Assembly (NCBI GenBank): GCA_963666285.1 | Contig: OY762711.1 | DNA length: 64,000 bases | Reading direction: 5' to 3' (one strand) | Source: Sedimentisphaerales bacterium | GTDB taxonomy: Bacteria > Planctomycetota > Phycisphaerae > Sedimentisphaerales > SM23-30 | In this document: piece by piece, positions 11,268 through 22,325 of the stretch | How positions within the stretch are numbered: position 1 is the first letter of the stretch | How the letters are laid out: each line of letters opens with the position of its first letter | Made by a program: the position numbers and the translations under genes | Notes under the pieces: model-generated | Told to the model about the DNA's origin: nothing | Database searches by the model: none | Seen by the model: only the letters and a program-made list of their open reading frames with translations

Positions 11268-12859
11268 TACTCGATAACCTCCCTTTGATATAAAACCGAT
11301 TCTAATAGCAATAAAGAGATTACTAGCAATGAGAATATTCCGTATAGACTTTTATGTTTGGACTTGAATATATTACTATCCTTTATTTTCTCAGTATTTG
11401 TGCTTATTTCATAAGTATCGAGTAACATATCCGCATTAGATTTTCCTGCCAATTCACTAAACGTATCACTTATCATATAATTCATAAACTTTATATAACT
11501 GCTTTGCTTCCAAAAACTCGATTCTAAATCAAACAAGGCCCCTGAAATATATAAATTCTCAATTTTGCCTATTTTACTTTTTGCAGCCAGATACTGACCA
11601 TTTGCATGCAATAGATACGGCCAAACACTAATATCACAAGAAAAACCGTCAGTTGATTTGATAAATATATTATCATATTCATTACTATATCCTGGAGAGT
11701 CAAAACCCATAGCAGGAGTTGCTTTAGAGTATGATTCTGCTGTTTCGTATGGCTTGACAACTATCCGAGAGTGTGTTTCATCAGCATCATCAGCAGTTAT
11801 TAGAATGTCTGCATTTGTCTTGGTTTTTACCGACTTAAACCTGATATCCGAATCCAGATAAAGCTTCAAAGAAACCGGTAATTCTATTTCAGAATAATAA
11901 TTAACATTGCACGTTGCATCTTCTAATGTGTTATCTCCGGGAAATAGGTCTTTACTCAGCAATCGAAAAACCGGCTCGTGCAAGCCAGTGGGAATTGTGT
12001 ACGCGAAGGTCTGATAGGTACCGCTTTTCATTTTTTCTGGAAATGACAATACCTCCTGATTACCATCAAATAATTTAACAGTAAAATTATACTCTTGCTC
12101 ATCCGGACCAAAGCATACTAATGACAACATCGCTTTGTCAATTGCTAATTCTTCGCTTGTAATTATTTTGACATCTAAAATCGCAATATTGAAATTAGTT
12201 TCAATCGGGTTTAAAACATAAAAACCGCCATAATCGTCAATATCTCCCGCTATACCCAAACCCTTGTCAGAAAATACAAATACCTGTGTTTCAGGCATAG
12301 AACCGACAATTGACTTGGCTGTAGCAAGGGCATAAATACAACTGCTGTCTCCGGAGTTTTTTCCAATTTTCAATTGAGCGATATTATTTAAAACTAAATT
12401 TTTATTACCTGATTGTTCTGTGTATATATCGACAGTATCACTATAACTGATTATAGTTATTTGATCATAATGATCTATATTTTCCAAAAGATCGTAGCAG
12501 TCCAGTTTTGCCTTGTCTAAACGTGAAATACCTTTCCCGGGTATAATTTCACCCATAGTATCTCTGGTATCAAAGACAAATATGTAATTTTGGTTAATCC
12601 CACGGGTTATTACCGGGTGCAGTAGTGTTATACAATAAAATATTAATATCAGTATTAAAAATAGAAAGGTTCTGATATTATAAAATTTACCGGAGATTTT
12701 ATTATATTTTACACCGCCGGATACCTGACTCCAAAAATATAATCCAGCTACTGTAATTCTTCTTCGCCTTGTATGCAAAAAATGACAGCAAAACAATACT
12801 ACTGCGCTTATTAGAAACACCAATGCAGTAATATATATTGTCAAACCACTAAAGATCAA
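11267..12859 (-). CDS. BatA-like N-terminal domain plus degenerate vWA membrane protein
   Basis: HFLHTRRRRITVAGLYFW BatA-like motif; VFDTRDTM..SRLDKAK..VFSD vWA; C-terminal TM LLLLES. Confidence 0.75.
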   Translation of the reverse strand: MIFSGLTIYITALVFLISAVVLFCCHFLHTRRRRITVAGLYFWSQVSGGVKYNKISGKFYNIRTFLFLILILIFYCITLLHPVITRGINQNYIFVFDTRDTMGEIIPGKGISRLDKAKLDCYDLLENIDHYDQITIISYSDTVDIYTEQSGNKNLVLNNIAQLKIGKNSGDSSCIYALATAKSIVGSMPETQVFVFSDKGLGIAGDIDDYGGFYVLNPIETNFNIAILDVKIITSEELAIDKAMLSLVCFGPDEQEYNFTVKLFDGNQEVLSFPEKMKSGTYQTFAYTIPTGLHEPVFRLLSKDLFPGDNTLEDATCNVNYYSEIELPVSLKLYLDSDIRFKSVKTKTNADILITADDADETHSRIVVKPYETAESYSKATPAMGFDSPGYSNEYDNIFIKSTDGFSCDISVWPYLLHANGQYLAAKSKIGKIENLYISGALFDLESSFWKQSSYIKFMNYMISDTFSELAGKSNADMLLDTYEISTNTEKIKDSNIFKSKHKSLYGIFSLLVISLLLLESVLYQREVIE

Positions 12860-13036
12860 TCAGCAAACTCCTAATAATATAGATAACCTCTGGAAATCGT
12901 TTTGATGCGATAATTTCTGGTTGCTGACAAGAAACATGAAATCGTGCATATTGGCCTGTATTCACTGTTATATGTGGCACATGTCAGCAGACATAAGAAA
13001 AACTTCACGCTTCTAATGAGTTTTCATAGGTTACCT

Positions 13037-13897
13037 TTATATATATAACATACCATTTGTAGTAATCTGTTTTAAGTTATCTATCATATCCAAATCTGCA
13101 TTGATATCATAATATGGCCAGTTATTCCTGGCTGCGCAATGCCTGATTATCTCAAAATACTTTCTATAAATCTTCTTATACTCTGATATAATATCGTTAT
13201 CCACAAAGACTGATAGTTGGCTGTCATTTTCAGCATCATCTAATATATATGAACCAGATAAGTCAGGTTGGGTCTCTATACCGGTAAAAATATTAAATAT
13301 TACGGTCTGCTGACTTTTGCCTGCCAATGCACTTAACAGATATTCCGGGCCTTGTGGGCATACCAGATCTGAGATAATGATTAATCTTTCTCCTGGCATA
13401 ACAGTAGATAATGATTCCTTTATTTTACCGGCACCTTTATCACCACCTGGAATCATATTTTCTACTACGTAAAACAAATATTCTGCATATTGAACCGGTA
13501 AAGTACTTACTTTTGAAGGGATATCAGCATTAACTAATTTTATTTTCATATTGTACTGCAATAAAAGATATATCAATACGGCTGCCGTCTTTTTTACTGC
13601 TAATATCTTTTTCTCACCTCCACATACAACTGAATCTGACAAATCTATATAAATACTAAATACCGGCGATTCTATGCGTTCACGTTCTTTTAGCACAAGC
13701 ATTCTTTTGTCTGTATAATGATGCCAGTCAATATTTCTAATATCATCACCCGGCATAAAATGCCGGTAATCTGCAAAATCATTATTACCACCTGCCCGTG
13801 AATTGGTAATACCGCCTTCAAAATTCAAACCAGCTGATTTATTGAAACTGACTGAAAGTGATTTTGTTATTTCTAATTCTTCTTTACTTAAAATCAA
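13037..13897 (-). CDS. DUF58 domain protein (MoxR partner)
   Basis: FADYRHFMPGDDIRNIDW signature, IYIDLSDS, IIISD. Confidence 0.9.
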   Translation of the reverse strand: MILSKEELEITKSLSVSFNKSAGLNFEGGITNSRAGGNNDFADYRHFMPGDDIRNIDWHHYTDKRMLVLKERERIESPVFSIYIDLSDSVVCGGEKKILAVKKTAAVLIYLLLQYNMKIKLVNADIPSKVSTLPVQYAEYLFYVVENMIPGGDKGAGKIKESLSTVMPGERLIIISDLVCPQGPEYLLSALAGKSQQTVIFNIFTGIETQPDLSGSYILDDAENDSQLSVFVDNDIISEYKKIYRKYFEIIRHCAARNNWPYYDINADLDMIDNLKQITTNGMLYI

Positions 13898-13942
13898 ATT
13901 TTCCGGCCCTCATTTATAGATCAATTGGCATTGGCTTTACCT

Positions 13943-14953
13943 TCACCGTTCATCCAGAACATCGATTATTTCAGTAATAAGCTTATCAATATTCCCAGTT
14001 GTCGAAATAACTGAAAAATGTGTTAACAATCTGTGTCTTAGAACTGCATGAGCCATTTTCTTTATATCTGACTTGGACACAGCTGTCCTGCCGTCAATCA
14101 GAGCCTTGACTTTACCGGTCATTACCAGGGCTTGAACTGCTCTGGGTCCGGCTCCCAGCACAATATCATCCCGGACTGATGTTAACCTGCTGTTTTCTGG
14201 CTGTGTATTCAAAACCAGTTGTACGGCAAAGTCTAATACGTCGTCAACTATATGCACACTTCGTACCAGTTTCCTCATCTCCATTAACACATCAACATCA
14301 ACAACTTTTACTGGCACATATGTTTTTAGTGATGTTGTTTGTGATATAATTGCCCGATAATCAGACCCGCTGGGATATTGAACCTGAAGTTTTACCATAA
14401 ATCTGTCAACTTCTGACTCAGGTAAAGGATATGTTCCTGAATGCTCTATTGGGTTTTGTGTGGCAATTATCAAATTTGGTTGCGGTAAACCATATGTCTC
14501 TCTGCCTATTGTTATCTGCCCTTCCTGCATCGCCTGCAATAATGCGGATTGAGTCTTCGGCGTTGCCCGGTTAATCTCATCTACCAGGACGTAATGCGCC
14601 ATAATCGGACCCTGCTGAAATGTTAACTCGTGTACGCCTCCTTCGGATTCAACCAGAGTTTTATACCCCAGCACATCTGCCGGCATAAGATCAGGCGTAC
14701 ATTGGATACGTTCAAAAGTAAGATTCATTGAACGAGCCAGGCTGTGAGCAAGTACGGTCTTGCCAACTCCCGGTACTCCTTCTAACAGCACATGACCTCC
14801 TGCAAAAAAAGCTGTTAACAAATTATCAACCAGCTCGTCCTGTCCGTAATAGGCCTTTTGAACCTGATCTTTTATTCTGTTATATGTCGTTACAAATAAT
14901 TCTATTTGCTCTTCAACAGACATGCCGCTGTCTATGAAATTTTTTCTCATCAT
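13943..14953 (-). CDS. moxR: MoxR-family AAA+ ATPase
   Basis: GHVLLEGVPGVGKT, RIQCTPDLMPAD, VDEINRATPKTQSALL, ATQNPIE. Confidence 0.95.
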   Translation of the reverse strand: MMRKNFIDSGMSVEEQIELFVTTYNRIKDQVQKAYYGQDELVDNLLTAFFAGGHVLLEGVPGVGKTVLAHSLARSMNLTFERIQCTPDLMPADVLGYKTLVESEGGVHELTFQQGPIMAHYVLVDEINRATPKTQSALLQAMQEGQITIGRETYGLPQPNLIIATQNPIEHSGTYPLPESEVDRFMVKLQVQYPSGSDYRAIISQTTSLKTYVPVKVVDVDVLMEMRKLVRSVHIVDDVLDFAVQLVLNTQPENSRLTSVRDDIVLGAGPRAVQALVMTGKVKALIDGRTAVSKSDIKKMAHAVLRHRLLTHFSVISTTGNIDKLITEIIDVLDER

Positions 14954-14986
14954 ACATATTCCAATTATTGTAATAAATTCTGAATG

Positions 14987-16447
14987 CTAATTACAACCAG
15001 CAGCAGAATTGCCTGAAGTACTGAAACTCTTTCTAACCAAATCAAAATAACGTTTTTGTTGTTTTATGAAATCAGTTGTATACGTAAAATTTTCAATAGA
15101 ATTCTCTGATGCAGTTCCAACTATGGGTGTTTCAAACTCGTCACTTGATGCCGGCTTTACTGCATTTACTATTCCAATATGTTCGCCTTTAGAAACCATA
15201 GGTGTTACATATATATCTTTTGTTATGCCTGTCAATACCATTGATATTGTTCGAGATTTTTTTATTTGAGACTCGTACTTTACTGTTGAATTTGTTAACC
15301 TGTTCTCATTTCTGTTACCAATATTGAAACCGGAAATATCGCTATTGGTATCTGGTAAAGATACATCACGCCTATTATTCTTATCATTTTGAAATAAACT
15401 CTGATTTTTTAAGCCGGATGAAAAATTAAATGTAAAATATTCTGGAGAATCAACCTGCCAGTTGCCCTTTTTGCTTTTAAGCGAAGAATCTACAGCATCT
15501 TGACTGCCGTCCTTTGAATTCGTGCCAAAAGTCTGGTTAGTAATATCGCTGGGAATTGATTGCTGGTTATTATATCTGTCGGTATTATTATTTACTGCTG
15601 AAGCAAGGTTAGTGCCTGCTATTTTAGAATTTGTGTGAATTTCAGCTTTGCTGTCAATAAAACCCGAATTATCGGGAGCTGCATAAGGAGATTTAAAACC
15701 GGAAATATTTGATACTTTTAACGCTGCAGAATCGCTATTTTTTAATGATTTACTATCAATTATACCGGTATTTTCCAAAGATTTAGTATCAATCGCAGTT
15801 GAAATTGAATATATTTCATCCGGCGTTTTATCAATATCCAATGAAACAACACTACTATTATTTACATTCGATTTCAATATAACATTGTCAACCAGACTGA
15901 CAGCACTCAAAATAGAAATTAGAACAATATTAAAAACCAGCAGCAATGGTAAATTAATTTTTTTCTTTTCAATTAAAACCGGAATATCATTACAACCCTG
16001 CAAGCATCTTATACCTTTATTTATCGCGTATAATGCATAATTATCTTTTTCTTGACTCTTACTTAAATAATATGAATTCAGAATAACATTGTGTAAATTG
16101 GATTCACGATCAATGACTGATATTATTTCTTCATCTGTTATTTTTTTTAACATTGAAAAAATCATTGTGACAACTATTGCTGCAATAAAAATGCATTCGT
16201 TGACAGCTATCATAACTACCCATGAAACATCGTAGTCCAGCATTAGAACAAAGCACACTTGCAATATGGCAAAAATCACTATCAATGACATAAATTTAAA
16301 AATATTCGTAACAACATTATTCCATATTATTCTGCGATGATATCTGTACTTAAAACCTGATGCCATCTCGATAATCTGGTTGTGATAATTATTATTAGAA
16401 ATATTCATAATAAGCCCTTGACTCATCGATAAAATTGACTTTTGCAT
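14987..16447 (-). CDS. Membrane protein of the MoxR cluster with low-complexity Ser/Asn-rich C-terminus
   Basis: Three TM segments, 'IDRESNLHNVI' segment and a C-terminal 'KRYFD', as in MoxR-associated coiled proteins. True start may be 16426 or 16408. Confidence 0.6.
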   Translation of the reverse strand: MQKSILSMSQGLIMNISNNNYHNQIIEMASGFKYRYHRRIIWNNVVTNIFKFMSLIVIFAILQVCFVLMLDYDVSWVVMIAVNECIFIAAIVVTMIFSMLKKITDEEIISVIDRESNLHNVILNSYYLSKSQEKDNYALYAINKGIRCLQGCNDIPVLIEKKKINLPLLLVFNIVLISILSAVSLVDNVILKSNVNNSSVVSLDIDKTPDEIYSISTAIDTKSLENTGIIDSKSLKNSDSAALKVSNISGFKSPYAAPDNSGFIDSKAEIHTNSKIAGTNLASAVNNNTDRYNNQQSIPSDITNQTFGTNSKDGSQDAVDSSLKSKKGNWQVDSPEYFTFNFSSGLKNQSLFQNDKNNRRDVSLPDTNSDISGFNIGNRNENRLTNSTVKYESQIKKSRTISMVLTGITKDIYVTPMVSKGEHIGIVNAVKPASSDEFETPIVGTASENSIENFTYTTDFIKQQKRYFDLVRKSFSTSGNSAAGCN

Positions 16448-18620
16448 ATGCTATGCATTTTTTATCAGCATCATAAAACTTAACAATCAAAAAGCTGCGA
16501 CCTGTAAAAACAGCGTTTAAGGTTTCATCATTTTTTAATAATTCTTTATTTTCAGTATTCAGATTATTTCTTTGCCAAATATAAAAATTATCCGGAAATT
16601 CTTTAATAGAATATACAGAATCAGCCTCCAGTTCAGTTCTTTCGATAGCAACAAGCATATTTCTATGAGTCCATCTATAACTTCCTGAATAGTTATCATA
16701 AAAACTAAAACCATTAAAAAACAACAACTCGGCTTCAACTGGTTTATTGCCGGGCATTTTACTAATGTCAATTTCTACAGCTTTGATTTCATCTGCGATA
16801 CGTATTATGTTACCTTCCAGAATACAGGGAATAAAGGATCTGTCACGGTCAAGAAGCTTTTGAATACCTAGTTCCTGATTTATTATATCTTCTTCGTGCA
16901 AATATATCTTGTCACCATTAATTACTATAATTGCCGGACAATCTGAAATGTCAGGCATAAGAGATTCATCCTGATGATAACCGAATGGATAATCAACCAG
17001 GTCTTTAAATTGATAATTTACAAATAAAAGATTCTCAAATTCAAATCTCTTCATAATATTTGAAAACAACTTTGATAAATTTTCTTCCTGTCGTTTATAT
17101 GCATAATGATATACTTCAATGCTTACAATATCTGAAAAGTCAGATCTGATTATTTCAATTTTCGGCTCTACTTCATGAACTTTAGTCAGATATTTTGGTC
17201 TATCATCCGACTTCATAAATAGATTTGTAAATGTTGTATCGTTACATACAGTTTCTATCTGCTCCAGATAATCATCATTATAATCATCTCCAATGCAAGC
17301 TTTCATAAATCTCGACCTTGCTCGAACAAATAAACCTTTTTTCAAAAAATAATTACCCAATGCAAAGTTATAATTAGACTTGGAAGGGTTAACAAACAAT
17401 GCCGACAATAATTGCGTATATCCTTTTTTTAATTCATTTTGATGCAGGAATATTATGCCTAGACTATAATCTATGTCGCTCACTAAATACGGGCTTACTT
17501 CGAATTCCCGAACATATAATTTGCTGGTTTCCAGAATTTTTATTATATTTTTGGAATACGATTCATCTAATATGTATTTATCAACCTTCAGGATTATAGT
17601 TCGTATCGCATGTTCCTCACTGTAAAGTCTCACTAATGCATCAAGCACACTCTTATATAGAGACAGATCGGTTATTTCACCTCTAAATATTTTGTCTAAA
17701 ATTAAATCAATTCTTTGCGAGGCTAACAGCGACTCTGAACAACGATCAAAATATCGTTTAATTGCATTATAGTCATTATTATTTATGGCATTATTAAACT
17801 CAAACTCTAATATATCGATACTGGTACCAGAATTATGAGTTAAGTGAAACTGACGAGCTTCTTTATCTATAAATAATAAATAGTCCTTTAAGTAATTATT
17901 CCCAATTTTAATATCTGAAAAACTCTCGCGTATAAGATTACTATTATCCGCGGCTTTATATGCATAATTTATTGAACCCAAATGATCAAAAACGATTTTT
18001 CCATCATTACCGTCAGAAAGCAAAATATCATTAGATAACTGGCATAAATACGTTGTAGTTTTGAAACTAAAAGTATAATCATTTTCATTCTGCAAAGTAT
18101 CTTTGAAACAGGCAAAACCATTATTGCTCTTATAGTCAAAAGACATGTCATAATTATCTGGAAACTCGACATTGTCATAATATATTATCTTATTGCTGAA
18201 ATCATATATTATTTTATCCGAAAATAGATTAGCCCCTATAATTCCAACCACTGGATACCCTGTTGTATTAAGTATCTTTATTATCGATTTGACATTATCA
18301 GTACATTTTGCAAAACTGGCATCTTTTGCAGAAAATTTATTCCCGGTATCTGTTTCAAATATATAGTCGGCTTTCTTATCTTGCTTAAATTCTCCCTCAT
18401 AAGCACACAAAAAGCAAAAGGAAGTTTCCATGCCAACATCAATCAGAAATGATACATTATATTCATATCCGGCTGCATTTAATTTACCAGTAACATATGA
18501 TACGTCCTGGACCACCTTAAATTCCAGCATCTCGGCATGACAGTTTAAATTAAATATTATTAAAATAGATAAAATAAAAAGATGCAAAAATTTATTCTTA
18601 TGTAGAAAATGTAAGCTCAT
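16395..18620 (-). CDS. Secreted protein with retropepsin-like aspartic protease folds (degenerate) and TPR region
   Basis: Signal peptide; SFLIDVG...GIIGANLF, a second KIGNNYLKDYLLFID unit, and TPR-like YSLG..NPSKSNYNFALG. Confidence 0.55.
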   Translation of the reverse strand: MSLHFLHKNKFLHLFILSILIIFNLNCHAEMLEFKVVQDVSYVTGKLNAAGYEYNVSFLIDVGMETSFCFLCAYEGEFKQDKKADYIFETDTGNKFSAKDASFAKCTDNVKSIIKILNTTGYPVVGIIGANLFSDKIIYDFSNKIIYYDNVEFPDNYDMSFDYKSNNGFACFKDTLQNENDYTFSFKTTTYLCQLSNDILLSDGNDGKIVFDHLGSINYAYKAADNSNLIRESFSDIKIGNNYLKDYLLFIDKEARQFHLTHNSGTSIDILEFEFNNAINNNDYNAIKRYFDRCSESLLASQRIDLILDKIFRGEITDLSLYKSVLDALVRLYSEEHAIRTIILKVDKYILDESYSKNIIKILETSKLYVREFEVSPYLVSDIDYSLGIIFLHQNELKKGYTQLLSALFVNPSKSNYNFALGNYFLKKGLFVRARSRFMKACIGDDYNDDYLEQIETVCNDTTFTNLFMKSDDRPKYLTKVHEVEPKIEIIRSDFSDIVSIEVYHYAYKRQEENLSKLFSNIMKRFEFENLLFVNYQFKDLVDYPFGYHQDESLMPDISDCPAIIVINGDKIYLHEEDIINQELGIQKLLDRDRSFIPCILEGNIIRIADEIKAVEIDISKMPGNKPVEAELLFFNGFSFYDNYSGSYRWTHRNMLVAIERTELEADSVYSIKEFPDNFYIWQRNNLNTENKELLKNDETLNAVFTGRSFLIVKFYDADKKCIAYAKVNFIDESRAYYEYF

Positions 18621-18660
18621 TTAAATGATTGTGTATGATACACATCTGAAAAATATAATA

Positions 18661-20139
18661 TCAATAATGTTTGATTGCACTTTCAACTATCTTGTCAATA
18701 ACTGAATTCGATGCTGCTGGGCTGTTTGTCAATACCGAAAAAACAAGCCAATTCCCGGCATCAGTCTGGCAGTAACCGCTTAAGGTATTTGCGCCGGAAA
18801 TATACCCGGTTTTGCCATAAAGCCTGCCTGTATAGTCACTGAACCGTCTTTTCTTAGCAAGTGTACCTGACTCAGGGTTTGCTAGTGACTTTTTATATAT
18901 TTCGTAATACTCTGATTGAGAAATCTTTCGTAATACCTTGCAAAAACCGTTTGCACTCATTCGATTTTCATGGCTTAAACCGCAGCCGTCATCAATAATA
19001 TATTCATTCTCAGGAACTCCTGCTCTTTCCAGGTAATCCATTACTGCCGCACGACCGTTTGCCCAGCTTCCCGGTCGATATCGTTCTCCGGGTTTACCTG
19101 GATGATCCATTTCCGGATGACTATAAACTCCTATCGTCTTAAACAGGCATTCCGCAGCCAGATTCAAACTTCGCTTATTGCTCTCGTTAAGCACATCTAC
19201 AATTGATGTTTTATGTGCGTACAATTCTTCAAATGCTGCCGGGATATTCCCAGCTTTATCCGTTAACTGGCGAATTACAAGCTGGCCTTTTATCGCTATC
19301 CCGTATTTCAAAAGATATTCAGCAAGTAGAAATCCATGATACGCCGCCGGACGATCAACCGTAACATATATCGGTACTTTCAAAGCCGTCCGGCATTTAC
19401 CTATCAGCATAACCTCGTTAGTATCAAGTTTCCTCACAGCTCCAACCGCAGTTTTCCCGCTGGTTGTCGTCTTACAGGTATTCTCAATCGCTAAATACCC
19501 TGTATCTGGAAAAAGCTTATAGTTTGCAGGCTTACCTTGCGAGCCCGGACTAAACAATATATCGACACAATTGTCATTAAAGTTCAGACCTGAAACCTGG
19601 GCTTCATACCAACGGTTCGCCTGGCTTTCCGGCCAGGATGGATGAAATCTAACATCATCAAAGATAAATGAGTCAACTACCAGGTCTCCTTCAATCTCTG
19701 ATATTCCTTTAGCCGAAAGTGCATTATATACTGCACGAAATATCTCAAATATATCACTGCCGTTCCTTTCCGCCAGAACCGGGTCTCCTGTCAACGGATC
19801 TCCTGACCCTATTATGACCAGGTCCTTGCCAAACAGGCCGTAGCGGGTAACATAGTCAAAATCTTCACCCAGTACGGATAATGCTGTCGCTGTTGTCAAA
19901 AGCTTCAAGTTACTTGCGGGTTTCAGCGGCGTACTGCTGTTATAACTGTATACACTTTCGCCAGAATCCAAACGGTTAAATGAAATCGAAAATTCCGGCT
20001 TCGCCTTAGCTTTTCTGGCATTAGCAACTATCGAATCTATGCTTTCGGCATATATAATACCTGAAAGCAAAAATACAAGTATGGGAATAATCTTTTCTTT
20101 CCTGCTAACATGTTTCATAGCTGATAAAAGAACCTTCAC
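18661..20139 (-). CDS. dacB: D-Ala-D-Ala carboxypeptidase/endopeptidase PBP4 (peptidase S13)
   Basis: PASNLK (SxxK), SLN (SxN), KTG, DGCGLSHENR. Confidence 0.93.
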   Translation of the reverse strand: MKVLLSAMKHVSRKEKIIPILVFLLSGIIYAESIDSIVANARKAKAKPEFSISFNRLDSGESVYSYNSSTPLKPASNLKLLTTATALSVLGEDFDYVTRYGLFGKDLVIIGSGDPLTGDPVLAERNGSDIFEIFRAVYNALSAKGISEIEGDLVVDSFIFDDVRFHPSWPESQANRWYEAQVSGLNFNDNCVDILFSPGSQGKPANYKLFPDTGYLAIENTCKTTTSGKTAVGAVRKLDTNEVMLIGKCRTALKVPIYVTVDRPAAYHGFLLAEYLLKYGIAIKGQLVIRQLTDKAGNIPAAFEELYAHKTSIVDVLNESNKRSLNLAAECLFKTIGVYSHPEMDHPGKPGERYRPGSWANGRAAVMDYLERAGVPENEYIIDDGCGLSHENRMSANGFCKVLRKISQSEYYEIYKKSLANPESGTLAKKRRFSDYTGRLYGKTGYISGANTLSGYCQTDAGNWLVFSVLTNSPAASNSVIDKIVESAIKHY

Positions 20140-20142
20140 TGA

Positions 20143-21141
20143 TTAACCCTTGTCTACCTTCCAGCAAGCGCACCAGTGTCCCGGCTCAACCTCTACTAGA
20201 GGCGGTTCTTCTGCGAAACATTTTTCAAAACCCTGACAATGCTCGCATCTGGTATTAAACTTACATCCTTTGGGAAACTCCAGTGGATCTGGCACCACAC
20301 CCGGTATCACATCCAGCCTGTCACGCTTCTCGTTAAGCTTTGGCAGGCTGTTCAGCAATCCCTTGGTATAAGGATGCAGTGGTTTCTTAAACGTAGTAAC
20401 AACATCAGTCTTCTCGACGATCTTGGAAGCATACATTACTGCAACCTCATCGGCATTTTCTGCCACTACCCCCAGGTCGTGCGTTATCAATATTACACTC
20501 ATATTATTCTGCTTCTGCAGGTCTTTTATCAAATCCAGAATCTGTGCCTGTATTGTTACATCCAGTGCCGTTGTCGGTTCGTCTGCTATCAGCAGTGCCG
20601 GATCGCAGCTTAGAGCCATTGCTATCATAACACGTTGACGCATTCCACCCGACAACTGATGGGGATACTCATTTACCCGCTTTTGCGGATCGGATATACC
20701 AACTTTTCGCAGCATTTCCACCGCATGCTTCAAGGCATCATGTTTATTTTTATTCTGATGCAGCATTACTGCCTCGGCTATCTGGTCTCCAACCGTATAA
20801 ACCGGGTTCAGCGATGTCATCGGTTCCTGGAAAATCATTGCTATATCATTGCCGCGAATACTCCTCATACGCTTCTCGGTATAGTCCAGCAGGTTCATCC
20901 CTCGAAACAATATCTTGCCGTTATCAACCATTCCCGGCGGCATCGGAATCAGCCGCAAGATTGACATCGCCGTTACGCTTTTGCCGCAACCGCTCTCTCC
21001 TACAACTGCCAGGGTCTTTCCTGAATATGCCGAATAACTTACATCATTTACTACTGTCACCTTACCGGCTTCTGTCTTAAATGATACTGTCAAATTTCTA
21101 ATTTCCAGTAATGGAATCGATTCTGTCATTTTTGTCACCAA
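20143..21141 (-). CDS. oppD: Oligopeptide ABC transporter ATP-binding protein
   Basis: GESGCGKS, LSGGMRQR, DEPTTALD, HPYT, C-terminal GCxFxxRC. Start may be ATG 21129. Confidence 0.93.
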   Translation of the reverse strand: MVTKMTESIPLLEIRNLTVSFKTEAGKVTVVNDVSYSAYSGKTLAVVGESGCGKSVTAMSILRLIPMPPGMVDNGKILFRGMNLLDYTEKRMRSIRGNDIAMIFQEPMTSLNPVYTVGDQIAEAVMLHQNKNKHDALKHAVEMLRKVGISDPQKRVNEYPHQLSGGMRQRVMIAMALSCDPALLIADEPTTALDVTIQAQILDLIKDLQKQNNMSVILITHDLGVVAENADEVAVMYASKIVEKTDVVTTFKKPLHPYTKGLLNSLPKLNEKRDRLDVIPGVVPDPLEFPKGCKFNTRCEHCQGFEKCFAEEPPLVEVEPGHWCACWKVDKG

Positions 21142-21254
21142 AAAATACTATTAAAAATATATTTACTTTTGTATTTTATTCTAGTTCAGTTCCGCATTTT
21201 GCGAACACCTTAACTTTTCAATCATACAAGCTGGACTTACTGCCTGTCTATAAA

Positions 21255-22325
21255 TTACCTGTTCTTTAATCTCGGATCTATCGCATCTCGCAATGCATCT
21301 CCAACAAGGTTATAGCTAAACACACCAAGGAATATAGCTATACACGGTGGATACATCAAGTGCGGCGCTGTTTGCAGATAAGATGTTGCCACCCGAAGAA
21401 TATTACCCCACGAAGGCGCCGGTGGCTGTACGCCAAAGCCAAGCCAGCTCAATCCGGCCTCGGTCAAAATCGCAGCAGCGATACCAAAAGTTATACTTAC
21501 CATAACCGGTGCCAGGGAATTCGGCAGCATATGCTTGAACATTATCCGCAGATCACCAAAACCCAATGACTTCGCCGCTAATACATAATCTGCATTTTTC
21601 AGCCTGATAAACTCACCTCGCGTATACCTCGCAATCGAAGTCCAGCGAGTCAAACCTATCACTATCATCACATTATTAATATTCGGTTCCAGCCATACCA
21701 TAATAATTAAAATAAGGAAAAACAGCGGAAAACATATCACAATTTCTATTACCCTGCTTATGATTATATCTACCCAGCCGCCGAAATAACCGGCCAGCCC
21801 GCCTATGAAAATTCCAACTGCTGCCGCAATCCCCATTGAGATAAATCCTACCCGGACCGCCACACTTGTACCATGTATCATTCTCGACGCCAAGTCTCTC
21901 CCGACATGATCTGTTCCCAGCCAGTGCTTCGCTGATGGTGGTGCAGGCCAGCAGCCACAGTTATCATCTATCTCGTATTCACCAAATGGTATCAGCGGCC
22001 ATATCGCCCAATTGTCTTCATTTGCTTCCAGGGCCGCCTTGACATTAAATGACGGTTTATCGAAATCGCCGCCTATCTTGATCCAGTGATCCACCAGACC
22101 TCTTGACTGAAATATCTGGATTATACCGGGAAAATACATCTTCCCTTCATATTTACAGATTATCGGCTTATCATTCGCAAGTAGCGGGCTGAATATCGTT
22201 ACCGCAAACATCAGCAGTACAAAACATAGACCTGCCATTGCCCGGCGGTTCTTTTTTAATCTATGCCAGATAATAGCGCGAAAACTTTTTGATTTTTGTG
22301 TTTCTTCTTGTTGTTTTTCTTCCAT
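21255..22325 (-). CDS. oppC: Oligopeptide ABC transporter permease
   Basis: HWLGTDHVGRD, EAA-loop equivalent, SWGNIL, GDALRDAIDPR. Confidence 0.92.
   Translation of the reverse strand: MEEKQQEETQKSKSFRAIIWHRLKKNRRAMAGLCFVLLMFAVTIFSPLLANDKPIICKYEGKMYFPGIIQIFQSRGLVDHWIKIGGDFDKPSFNVKAALEANEDNWAIWPLIPFGEYEIDDNCGCWPAPPSAKHWLGTDHVGRDLASRMIHGTSVAVRVGFISMGIAAAVGIFIGGLAGYFGGWVDIIISRVIEIVICFPLFFLILIIMVWLEPNINNVMIVIGLTRWTSIARYTRGEFIRLKNADYVLAAKSLGFGDLRIMFKHMLPNSLAPVMVSITFGIAAAILTEAGLSWLGFGVQPPAPSWGNILRVATSYLQTAPHLMYPPCIAIFLGVFSYNLVGDALRDAIDPRLKNR

Noticed and set aside
12860..13036. 177-nt gap inside the MoxR operon as a missed small gene
   Set aside because: Only very short frames and no recognisable motif; a deletion remnant is possible but unsupported.
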